Part shown: piece by piece, positions 7,779-15,446 of the stretch
How the letters are laid out: each line of letters begins with the position of its first letter
How positions within the stretch are numbered: position 1 is the first letter of the stretch
Origin: a virus
Lineage: Duplodnaviria > Caudoviricetes
Direction: 5' to 3' (one strand)
Virus record (IMG/VR): IMGVR_UViG_3300032237_000438
Location: 1-44,863 of that record
DNA: 44,863 nucleotides
Notes under the pieces: generated by a model
Seen by the model: only the letters and a program-made list of their open reading frames with translations
What the model was told of the DNA's origin: nothing
Databases searched by the model: none
Made by a program: the position numbers and the translations under genes

Positions 7779-9158
7779 ATGTCCACTGCTCAAACTATTG
7801 CTCGCACTGGCCGAGTTCAATCATGGATTGATAATCCAGAATCAAGGCTTCCAGTCAGCTGCACGGTATTTGTCGTGGAAGATGAGATGGAAGGCCCTAA
7901 TGGCATTGAGGCCAGCTGGCGCTTTGCTTCCTATGCCCTGCGCTATGGGGCTGGGTGCGCTATCCACTTATCCAAGCTACGGCCCAGAGGTGAAGAGAAT
8001 GGTAGGGGCCTAGTGGCCTCTGGCCCGGTTTCCTTTGGGAAGATCTACTCGACGCTGAACGAGATTCTCCGCAGAGGTGGAGTCTACAAAAATGGTGCGA
8101 TTGTTCTGCACCTTTCGCTAGATCATGCAGACATCCTGGAGTTTGTTAATGCTAGTAGAGCTGAACTTCCCTGGGTGAAGCGTTGTGTAAATCTGACTGC
8201 CTACCAGTGGGAGCAGGCCAGCCGTGAAGTGAAGGATGCCATTCTATCTGGTATTGCACGTGGTGATATCTGGTTAATGAAGAGCAGGGTTGATGCAAGA
8301 GGCAACCGGATCTACGGGAACGTCTGCTTAGAAGTTCTGCTGCCAAGTCGTGGCACTTGCTTGCTGCAACATGTCAATCTTGGGGCCTGTAACATCGAAG
8401 ACATTGAACCTGCTTTCGTAGCAGGAATGTCTGAGCTATGTGCGCTGCACTCAAAGACTGGCGTCGGGGATTCGGGGGAGTACTTAAGTTCTGAGATTGA
8501 CCGTCAGGTAGGACTTGGGATGCTTGGTCTGGCCAATCTCTTGGCTAGGTATGGAATCTCTTATGCCGTATTTGGTGAAGCTCTAGAGATTATTAACTCT
8601 GGAGTTCCCTACGAGCGTACCCCTGCTTTGCTTCTGGCAAATGAGTTTGAGCGTGGCATCCAGGCTGCTGCTCAAGTGGCCAGGGTGGCTGGTATGGAGC
8701 GGGCCTTTGCCATTGCTCCTACAGCCTCCTGCAGCTACCGCTACAAGGATCTGGATGGGTTTACTACCTGCCCAGAGATTGCTCCTCCTATATCCCGTAA
8801 CGTTGACCGTGATAGCGGGACGTTTGGGGTGGAGAGCTTTGACTATGGAAACGTAGAGATCGCTGCAGAGGTCGGGTGGGAAGCCTACAAGTCAGTGGCT
8901 GATGGCATTGTTCGGATGCTTGATCGCACTGGTCTGCTGCATGGATACAGCTTTAACAGTTGGTCCGATGTCGTCACTTACGACGATACCTTTGTAGAGG
9001 AGTGGCTTAAGTCGCCACAAACATCTCTCTACTATTCGCTCCAGGTAATGCCTGACACCCTCCGCAAGGATGATGTGTCATCGATTCTGGACGATGAATA
9101 TAAAGACATCTTCGCATTTGAAGAGGACGATGAATACTGTGTATCTTGCGCTGAGTAA
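7779..9158 (+). CDS. nrdA: Ribonucleotide reductase alpha subunit (compact cyanophage clade)
   Basis: PVSC, NVCLE active site, GLGMLG, IAPTASCS, SLYY, C-terminal CxxC. Confidence 0.92.
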   Translation: MSTAQTIARTGRVQSWIDNPESRLPVSCTVFVVEDEMEGPNGIEASWRFASYALRYGAGCAIHLSKLRPRGEENGRGLVASGPVSFGKIYSTLNEILRRGGVYKNGAIVLHLSLDHADILEFVNASRAELPWVKRCVNLTAYQWEQASREVKDAILSGIARGDIWLMKSRVDARGNRIYGNVCLEVLLPSRGTCLLQHVNLGACNIEDIEPAFVAGMSELCALHSKTGVGDSGEYLSSEIDRQVGLGMLGLANLLARYGISYAVFGEALEIINSGVPYERTPALLLANEFERGIQAAAQVARVAGMERAFAIAPTASCSYRYKDLDGFTTCPEIAPPISRNVDRDSGTFGVESFDYGNVEIAAEVGWEAYKSVADGIVRMLDRTGLLHGYSFNSWSDVVTYDDTFVEEWLKSPQTSLYYSLQVMPDTLRKDDVSSILDDEYKDIFAFEEDDEYCVSCAE

Positions 9159-9880
9159 TGTCAAAGTATCTAGAAATTGTTGCACGTAAACGAAAGTGGA
9201 CCCCAGTGGCTGTCGATAAAGGCACCCTGGTAGATGGATCGGAAGAGGCCCTGTATCGAGCCCTATCCCTGCGCTGCCTTGAGATTCCTGTTAAGGACTT
9301 CCTGCAGCAAGGACTTGAGAAGGAGCTGCCCCCGATTCCGGGGGTGGCTGAGGCTCTGATGTCAAACCAACTGGATGAAGACAAACACGACCTTGGTCTT
9401 AATTACGTTGTTGCTGCTCATGGCAGCGACAGCAAATCTGAACGGGAGGCTGAGAAAATCAAGGCCACATGGCTGGCAGCCCCAGAGCATCCCCTGCTTA
9501 AGGCTTCGATCCTTGAAAGATCCGTCTTCTTCGTTCTGCTTCCCTTCTTCCGTTTCAACGGAGATGTGGGGATTAGGACCCTGGCAGCGGATATCTCGCG
9601 GGATGAACAGACCCACGTTGCCCTCCACGGCATGGTCTGCCATGACCTTGGTCTGAAGACTACCCAAAACCTTAACCGTCTCCGTAGGGCCACAGTGGCC
9701 TGGGTGATGGAACCTCTTAAATCAAACGTAGAGAACAAGTGGCTCGATAAAGAGTTCTGGCTTAAGCAATCTGATTCGCTCTATGCAAACGGTAAGGCCG
9801 AAGGCCTAGCCGATACGCAACGGGCACGGATGCCAGCATTCTTTGAGGCCAGCAATGTCAACTTACCCGCATATGGCTGA
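9158..9880 (+). CDS. nrdB: Ribonucleotide reductase beta subunit (ferritin-like)
   Basis: Two ExxH motifs (DEDKH, DEQTH); translationally coupled to alpha. Confidence 0.82.
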   Translation: MSKYLEIVARKRKWTPVAVDKGTLVDGSEEALYRALSLRCLEIPVKDFLQQGLEKELPPIPGVAEALMSNQLDEDKHDLGLNYVVAAHGSDSKSEREAEKIKATWLAAPEHPLLKASILERSVFFVLLPFFRFNGDVGIRTLAADISRDEQTHVALHGMVCHDLGLKTTQNLNRLRRATVAWVMEPLKSNVENKWLDKEFWLKQSDSLYANGKAEGLADTQRARMPAFFEASNVNLPAYG

Positions 9881-10058
9881 CGCCCTTTCTCCATCTGATG
9901 TGTTCGCTGGTGATGCGCCAATCACCAAGCTACTAGACAAATTAGATGGTGCGTTTCCACTTTATAACCCAAACCCCGACGACAGCTTGGCAAAGATCAT
10001 GTTCTTAGCTGGACAGCGATCGGTCGTCGAGTTTATTAAATCAACTATTGAGGATTAA
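9873..10058 (+). CDS. Small conserved podovirus protein
   Basis: FP...P.D....IMFLAGQRSVVEFI pattern typical of the pre-portal gene. Confidence 0.7.
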   Translation: MADALSPSDVFAGDAPITKLLDKLDGAFPLYNPNPDDSLAKIMFLAGQRSVVEFIKSTIED

Positions 10059-10062
10059 ACCC

Positions 10063-10341
10063 ATGTGCATGAGCACTCCAGACATTCCTGATATGCCGGC
10101 TCCTGAGCCCGCACCTCCTATCCCTCCTGCAGCTCCAGCCCCCATCACTCCTGATTCTGGCCCCCCTGCTCCCACTCCCATTGTCAAAGATGCCGAATCG
10201 GGAAATGTCAAGGCAAAGAACTCCAAGCGTCGTGAGATCCAGCAACTCGCCCAAGGCACTGGCTCTCTTGCTATTCCCCTGGCCGGTACCACAGGAGGAG
10301 CGTACAAGAAAGGAGGCCCAGGCCTCTCTATCCCTACCTGA
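10063..10341 (+). CDS. Pro-rich virion assembly protein (gp7.3-like position)
   Basis: MC start, Pro-rich, G..SL.I motif, directly upstream of the portal. Confidence 0.65.
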   Translation: MCMSTPDIPDMPAPEPAPPIPPAAPAPITPDSGPPAPTPIVKDAESGNVKAKNSKRREIQQLAQGTGSLAIPLAGTTGGAYKKGGPGLSIPT

Positions 10342-10344
10342 TAA

Positions 10345-11979
10345 ATGAAAGAATCTGCCCTGTCTAGGTATCAATACCTCACTACAGACCGGGAACAGTT
10401 CCTTTGGATTGGCCGAGAAGCGGCCTACCTAACTTTGCCCTATCTCCTCACCGAGAACGGTCATACTCAAGGTGGGCCTCTCCATACTCCGTGGCAATCC
10501 GTCGGGGCTAAGGGCGTCAACGTGCTCAGCTCGAAGCTGATGCTGAGCCTCTTCCCAATCAACACCAGCTTCTTTAAGCTGCAGATCAATGATGGCGAGC
10601 TGAATACTCCCGAACTTCAAGACCCCAAGGTACGGTCAGAGATTGACCTATCCCTGTCGAAGATCGAGAGGATCATCATGCAACAGCTGGGTGAGTCCAG
10701 CGATCGTGTGATGCTTCACGCAGCCATGAAGCACTTGGTCGTCACTGGTAATGCCCTTGTGTATGCCGGGAAGAAAGCCCTTAAAGTGTTCCCACTAGAT
10801 CGCTATGTCGTCAGCCGTGACGGCGATGGCACAGTAACTGAAATACTTACCAAGGAGATTGTTGATCGTAGTCTCCTGCCTAAGGAGTTCCAAACAGCTA
10901 TTCCTGGTGAAGATGTTAATTCTCCAGGAGAAGACGGTCCTAAGTTCGGCGTTGGTTCTGCCGGTAATAAAGGCCGGTCTTCTGATGCTACTGTCTATAC
11001 CTACGTCAAACTAGAAGACGGTCAGCATAAGTGGTACCAGGAATGCGATGGTAAAGAGATCTCTGGTTCTCGCTCACAAGCTCCAATCAAAACTAGCCCT
11101 TGGCTGGTCTTGCGTTGGAATGTCGTGGACGGTGAAAGCTACGGGCGTGGCCGCGTAGAAGAGTTCATCGGTGACCTCAAGAGCCTTGAAGGTCTTATGC
11201 AGTGTATGGTCGAAGGATCAGCAGCTGCCGCCAAAGTTGTCTTTCTGGTATCTCCTTCAGCCACTACTAAGCCACAGTCTTTAGCTAAGGCTCAGAACGG
11301 TGCAATCATCCAGGGCCGTCCTGATGATGTAGGCGTTGTTCAAGTCGGTAAGACTGCGGACTTCAGGACTGTGCAGGAGATGATCCAATCTCTGACACAG
11401 CGACTTTCGGATGCATTCCTTGTACTTCAAGTACGTCAATCGGAGCGCACCACCGCGAGCGAAGTCCAAGCCGTCCAGCAGGAGCTGAACGAGCAGTTGG
11501 GTGGGATTTTCGGGAATCTAACTACCGAACTATTACAACCCTATCTGCTTCGTAAGATCAGCCAACTGCAACGCAGTAAGGCTATTCCTCCTCTGCCAAA
11601 AGGCCTTGTGATGCCAACTGTTGTGGCTGGTCTCAATGGTATTGGTCGTGGTCAAGATCGTGCTGCTCTTATTGAATTTATCTCCACCATTGGGCAATCA
11701 ATGGGCCCAGAGGTAATGATGCAGTACCTCAACCCACAAGAGTTCCTTAAGCGCTTAGCAGCTGCCAGCGGTATCGATTACCTGGAGCTTGTCAAGACAG
11801 AGGAGCAACTCAGCCAGGAACAACAGCAAGCCCAGCAACAGCAAATGATGGGAACTCTTGCCAGCCAGGCAGGGCAGCTCGCCAAATCACCACTAGGAGA
11901 ACAACTAATCAATGGCCAACAGCAACAGCAACAACCAGCAGCCGCCGACCCAGGGACGCAGCCGGGCCCGGAAGCCTGA
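10345..11979 (+). CDS. Head-tail connector (portal, gp8)
   Basis: WQSVGAKGVN, GESYGRG, ERTTASEV motifs; Q-rich C-terminus. Confidence 0.96.
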   Translation: MKESALSRYQYLTTDREQFLWIGREAAYLTLPYLLTENGHTQGGPLHTPWQSVGAKGVNVLSSKLMLSLFPINTSFFKLQINDGELNTPELQDPKVRSEIDLSLSKIERIIMQQLGESSDRVMLHAAMKHLVVTGNALVYAGKKALKVFPLDRYVVSRDGDGTVTEILTKEIVDRSLLPKEFQTAIPGEDVNSPGEDGPKFGVGSAGNKGRSSDATVYTYVKLEDGQHKWYQECDGKEISGSRSQAPIKTSPWLVLRWNVVDGESYGRGRVEEFIGDLKSLEGLMQCMVEGSAAAAKVVFLVSPSATTKPQSLAKAQNGAIIQGRPDDVGVVQVGKTADFRTVQEMIQSLTQRLSDAFLVLQVRQSERTTASEVQAVQQELNEQLGGIFGNLTTELLQPYLLRKISQLQRSKAIPPLPKGLVMPTVVAGLNGIGRGQDRAALIEFISTIGQSMGPEVMMQYLNPQEFLKRLAAASGIDYLELVKTEEQLSQEQQQAQQQQMMGTLASQAGQLAKSPLGEQLINGQQQQQQPAAADPGTQPGPEA

Positions 11980-12187
11980 TGGGAAGTTCAAAGGAGATAA
12001 TCCTGAGACCCCCAATCTCAATGAGGCCTGGGTACCAACAGAGGTAGCCGAAGGTCTCCCCAAAGAGGTTGACTACAGCATTAAACCTAAGGTTACCGGC
12101 ACATCACAGCCAACCGCAGGTAAGTATTCCAAAGACTCAAATCCAATCCGCCCAACGTTTGGCGGTGTAACCACCATTCAATACTAA
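11912..12187 (+). CDS. Hypothetical protein overlapping the portal end
   Basis: RARKPDGKFKGDNPETPNLNEAW motif; fills the portal-scaffold gap. Confidence 0.7.
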   Translation: MANSNSNNQQPPTQGRSRARKPDGKFKGDNPETPNLNEAWVPTEVAEGLPKEVDYSIKPKVTGTSQPTAGKYSKDSNPIRPTFGGVTTIQY

Positions 12188-12188
12188 T

Positions 12189-13028
12189 ATGCCTACTACC
12201 GTTTTTGACCCCTCTGAGGGTGTATCCACTAACCAACAGGCAGCCGAAGCAGCAGCCCTAGAGCAAGGTGAAAAGCTTGCCCAGATTGCCCAGCAGGATC
12301 AAGAATCCAGGTGGGAACAGCAGGCAAGGGATCAGGAAAACCCTGCTTTAATTGGAGGAAAGTTTAAGTCCCAGGAAGACCTCTTGAAGGCCTATGAGGC
12401 CCTCCAAAAGAAGCTAGGCAATAAAGATCAAGAAGAGGAAGATGAGCCCGTAGAGGGCGATACAGATGCCACTGAGGAAGCTCCTAAGAATGAGTCTACC
12501 TCTGAGGCTGTATCTCTGATGACTCGTCTTGGTGAGGAATATGCCAAGAATGGGGACCTATCTGAGGCTGATGTAGATCAGCTTACCCAGCTGGATAGCA
12601 AGGAGCTAGTTTCTGCCTACATTGAATACTATAAGAGTGGTCAGCAGAAAGCTCAAGTACAAGCTACTACTGAGAGCCAAGTGGCTGAGGTGGTTGCTTC
12701 TGTTGGTGGTAAGGATGCTTACGCTGAGATGATCTCTTGGGCGGTCGATAACCTCGACCAAGCAGAGATCGACAGCTATAACTCTGTTACCAATAGCGGT
12801 AACCCTGCAGCTATTAAGTTTGCCGTAGAGGCCCTGAGTAACCGTTACCGGAATAGCGAAGGCTTTGAGGCTCCACTCGTCTCTGGTCGCAAAGCGGATA
12901 GCGGGCCCAAGCCTTACCGTAGTCAGGCCGAGCTTGCACGTGATATCGCTAATCCTCTCTATCAACAAGATCCTGCCTTCCGTGCTGATGTTGAGGATAG
13001 GCTCTCACGTAGTAAAGATCTTCTCTAA
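12189..13028 (+). CDS. Capsid scaffolding protein (gp9)
   Basis: GKFKSQEDLLKAYEALQKKLG, VGG..AY..MISWA, NPLYQQDPAFR. Confidence 0.93.
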   Translation: MPTTVFDPSEGVSTNQQAAEAAALEQGEKLAQIAQQDQESRWEQQARDQENPALIGGKFKSQEDLLKAYEALQKKLGNKDQEEEDEPVEGDTDATEEAPKNESTSEAVSLMTRLGEEYAKNGDLSEADVDQLTQLDSKELVSAYIEYYKSGQQKAQVQATTESQVAEVVASVGGKDAYAEMISWAVDNLDQAEIDSYNSVTNSGNPAAIKFAVEALSNRYRNSEGFEAPLVSGRKADSGPKPYRSQAELARDIANPLYQQDPAFRADVEDRLSRSKDLL

Positions 13029-13111
13029 TTAGTCCATCTATTCCCCACCTTCTTGCGCGTGTTGGTGGGGCTTGCCGTAGCAGTCATATACAAGTCCTTT
13101 GTTGATTTAAC

Positions 13112-13408
13112 ATGATTCCAATTCTAACAACTCTGACCATTATTAGCTCTTGGTACGGCCCTGGTTTCCACGGTCACCGAACAGCTAATGGGGAACGATT
13201 CAATCAGAATGCTCTAACTGCTGCTCACAGAACACTACCGTTCGGGACCAGACTTAAGGTCTGCTTCAGGCGCTGTGCTGTTGTGCGAGTCAATGATCGA
13301 GGACCTTATGCTTATGGCAGGTCTATTGATCTGAGTAAACGAGCAGCTGATCTCATCGGGCTTACTGGCTCTGGTGTTGGAAGAGTTGCTATTACGCGAC
13401 TCAGTTAA
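13112..13408 (+). CDS. RlpA-like double-psi beta-barrel lytic transglycosylase
   Basis: SWYGPGFHG..TANGE, TAAHRTLPFGT, VRVNDRGP, IDLS. Confidence 0.92.
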   Translation: MIPILTTLTIISSWYGPGFHGHRTANGERFNQNALTAAHRTLPFGTRLKVCFRRCAVVRVNDRGPYAYGRSIDLSKRAADLIGLTGSGVGRVAITRLS

Positions 13409-13452
13409 ACCTAAACGGATTGGAGGCACCTCAGAGTAGGACCTCCTTTCTA

Positions 13453-13483
13453 TTGCCCGTGTCCGTGGCTTAGTAACGGCAAA
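13453..13483 (+). repeat. 31-bp direct repeat, copy 1
   Basis: TTGCCCGTGTCCGTGGCTTAGTAACGGCAAA; 29/31 identical to 13630-13660. Confidence 0.92.
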
Positions 13484-13558
13484 ACTGCAAACCCCTCCCA
13501 GAGGGGGACAGGTATGGATCTCTGTTTTCTCCTTGCTGCTTTTAGCGCAGGGCTATCT

Positions 13559-13629
13559 TTCAACTTGGTCTAATGGTATGACTCTGGTATCCAAAACCAG
13601 AAGCGGTGGTTCGATTCCATCAGTTGGAT
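13559..13629 (+). tRNA. tRNA-Trp(CCA)-like gene, atypical
   Basis: Acceptor TTCAACT/AGTTGGA, D arm GTC..GAC, anticodon arm CTGGT-ATCCAAA-ACCAG, T arm GGTGG-TTCGATT-CCATC; no encoded CCA. Confidence 0.82.
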
Positions 13630-13660
13630 TTGCCCGTGCCCGTGGCTTAATAACGGCAAA
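13630..13660 (+). repeat. 31-bp direct repeat, copy 2
   Basis: TTGCCCGTGCCCGTGGCTTAATAACGGCAAA, abutting the tRNA 3' end. Confidence 0.92.
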
Positions 13661-13796
13661 CCTTGCAAGGGTTCATAACCTAGGTCTATACAGATAAGAA
13701 TCTACTAGTAGGAGGAAGCCCGTTACGACGGATAACTTTCACTGAAATGGATTTGATCGGAAGACCGACCAATTCAATCTTTCTCCTTCTTGACTA

Positions 13797-14786
13797 ATGA
13801 CTAACATTGCAAACCTGTCGCGGCCTAATGCCGTAAACGGCAGTCAGTCCAACGCTTACGCTGATAAGTACGCAACCGCTCTTAAGCTGTTCTCGGGTGA
13901 AGTGTTCACCGCGTTCAACGCAGCCTCTATCGCTAAAGGCCTTGTCCGCTCCTACACCCTCCGTGGTGGCAAGAGCAAGCAGTTCCTGCTGACCGGAACC
14001 CTTGGGGCTGGTTACCACACTCCTGGTACCCCCATCCTGGGTGATACCGCCCTCAAGGCAAACGAAAAGACCATCCTCATGGATGATCTGCTGATCTCCA
14101 GCCAGTTTGTCTATGACCTCGATGAGGTTCTTTCCCAATACTCGACCCGTGCGGAGATCTCGAAGCAGATCGGCGAGGCTCTTGCCAAGCACTATGACCA
14201 GCGCATCTTCCGCGTCCTGGACATCGCTTCCCGCGAAGCCTCTGTTGTGACCGGCGAGCCCGGTGGCTTTGAGGTCAAGCTGGGTGCTGGCAACCAGTAC
14301 AGCGCTCAGGCCATCGTTGATGGCTTCTTCGAGGCAGCTGCTGTCTTGGATGAGCGTAATGCTCCGATGGATGGTCGCGTTGCTGTGCTGTCTCCTCGTC
14401 AGTACTACAGCCTGATCTCCTCTGTGGATACCAACATCCTGAACCGTGAAATCGGTAACAACCAGGGTGACATGAACAGCGGCACTGGCCTTGTGTCCAT
14501 TGCTGGTATTCGTATCTTCAAGTCGAACAACCTCCCCTTCATGGCAGCCTATAACACCGCTGTTACTGGTGAGAACAACGACTATGCAGATGCTAATGCT
14601 ACTTGCGCTGGTCTGATATTCCACCGCGAAGCTGCGGGCGTTGTTGAGGCTGTCGGCCCCAGCATTGAGACCACCTCCGGCGACTTCCATGTCCAGTATC
14701 AGGGCGACCTGATCGTGGGCAAGCTTGCCGTTGGCGTTGGCTCCCTCCGTACCAGCGTTGCTGGTTCGCTTCAAGCTAAAGCCTGA
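13797..14786 (+). CDS. Major capsid protein (gp10)
   Basis: ALKLFSGEV.TAF, GKSKQF, IGEALA..YDQ, SNNLP motifs. Confidence 0.96.
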   Translation: MTNIANLSRPNAVNGSQSNAYADKYATALKLFSGEVFTAFNAASIAKGLVRSYTLRGGKSKQFLLTGTLGAGYHTPGTPILGDTALKANEKTILMDDLLISSQFVYDLDEVLSQYSTRAEISKQIGEALAKHYDQRIFRVLDIASREASVVTGEPGGFEVKLGAGNQYSAQAIVDGFFEAAAVLDERNAPMDGRVAVLSPRQYYSLISSVDTNILNREIGNNQGDMNSGTGLVSIAGIRIFKSNNLPFMAAYNTAVTGENNDYADANATCAGLIFHREAAGVVEAVGPSIETTSGDFHVQYQGDLIVGKLAVGVGSLRTSVAGSLQAKA

Positions 14787-14792
14787 TATTTA

Positions 14793-14820
14793 GCCCTAGG
14801 CCCTTCGGGGCCTTTGGGGC
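14793..14820 (+). terminator. Stem-loop at the T-phi position after the capsid gene
   Basis: GCCCT-AGGCCC-TTCG-GGGCCT-TT-GGGGC; no U-tract. Confidence 0.55.
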
Positions 14821-14842
14821 CTCCCATTCCCCCTAACAATAA

Positions 14843-15445
14843 ATGGCCACTACCTACAAGTACACAAAGCTCCAAGCAGTCAACATTATCCTTTCCAACA
14901 TTGGTCAGTCTCCAGTAACCACACTGTCGTCTGTAAACCCAATGGTTTCTACGGCTGTGGGTATTCTAAATGAAGTTACCACTTCCGTTCTTGGAGAGGG
15001 TTGGACCTTCAACACCGAACGTGCATATCCATTGCTGCCAGATAACGATGGTCATATTCTGGTGCCTGAGAATGTCATCTCCTATGACTCTCACCCAAAT
15101 AGCTATCAGGACCTAGTTACTCGCAATGGGCGTCTCTACGACAAGATCGCCCATACAGATGTATTTTCAGGGGAAATTGAACTTGATGTTGTCTGGTTCT
15201 TTGACTTTGAGGATCTGCCTCAGTCAGTTCGTAACTACATTACTGTCAGGGCCGCAAATGTCTTTGCAGGTCGCGTAGTTGGATCTTCTGAAGCTGTCCG
15301 CTTTGGGCAACAGGAAGAAGCCCTAGCCAGGGCAGAGCTGCTGGAATATGAAACTCAACAGGGAGACTATTCCTTCTTCCAATCTGCTGATGGTACAACC
15401 CCTATTAGTACCTATACACCAATTCAAGTAATCTCTCGCTACTGA
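14843..15445 (+). CDS. Tail tubular protein A (gp11)
   Basis: LQAVN.IL..IGQSPV, EGWTFNTE, FEDLP. Confidence 0.93.
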   Translation: MATTYKYTKLQAVNIILSNIGQSPVTTLSSVNPMVSTAVGILNEVTTSVLGEGWTFNTERAYPLLPDNDGHILVPENVISYDSHPNSYQDLVTRNGRLYDKIAHTDVFSGEIELDVVWFFDFEDLPQSVRNYITVRAANVFAGRVVGSSEAVRFGQQEEALARAELLEYETQQGDYSFFQSADGTTPISTYTPIQVISRY

Positions 15446-15446
15446 T

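Noticed and set aside
7964-7975. CCACT-TAT-CCAA inside nrdA as another box
   Set aside because: Lacks the purine at the third spacer position, lies mid-gene in IHLSK; may be chance
7779-9158. Class II (B12-dependent) RNR
   Set aside because: Adjacent ferritin-like beta subunit and the YY pair in alpha indicate class I
13453-13660. Mini CRISPR array
   Set aside because: Only two repeats, a 146-bp structured spacer containing a tRNA, and no cas genes
13794-14774. 326-aa antisense ORF over the capsid gene
   Set aside because: Codon-aligned mirror of a biased gene; no recognisable motifs
14770-14842. T7-like capsid 10B frameshift extension
   Set aside because: No convincing slippery site and only 56 nt before the next gene
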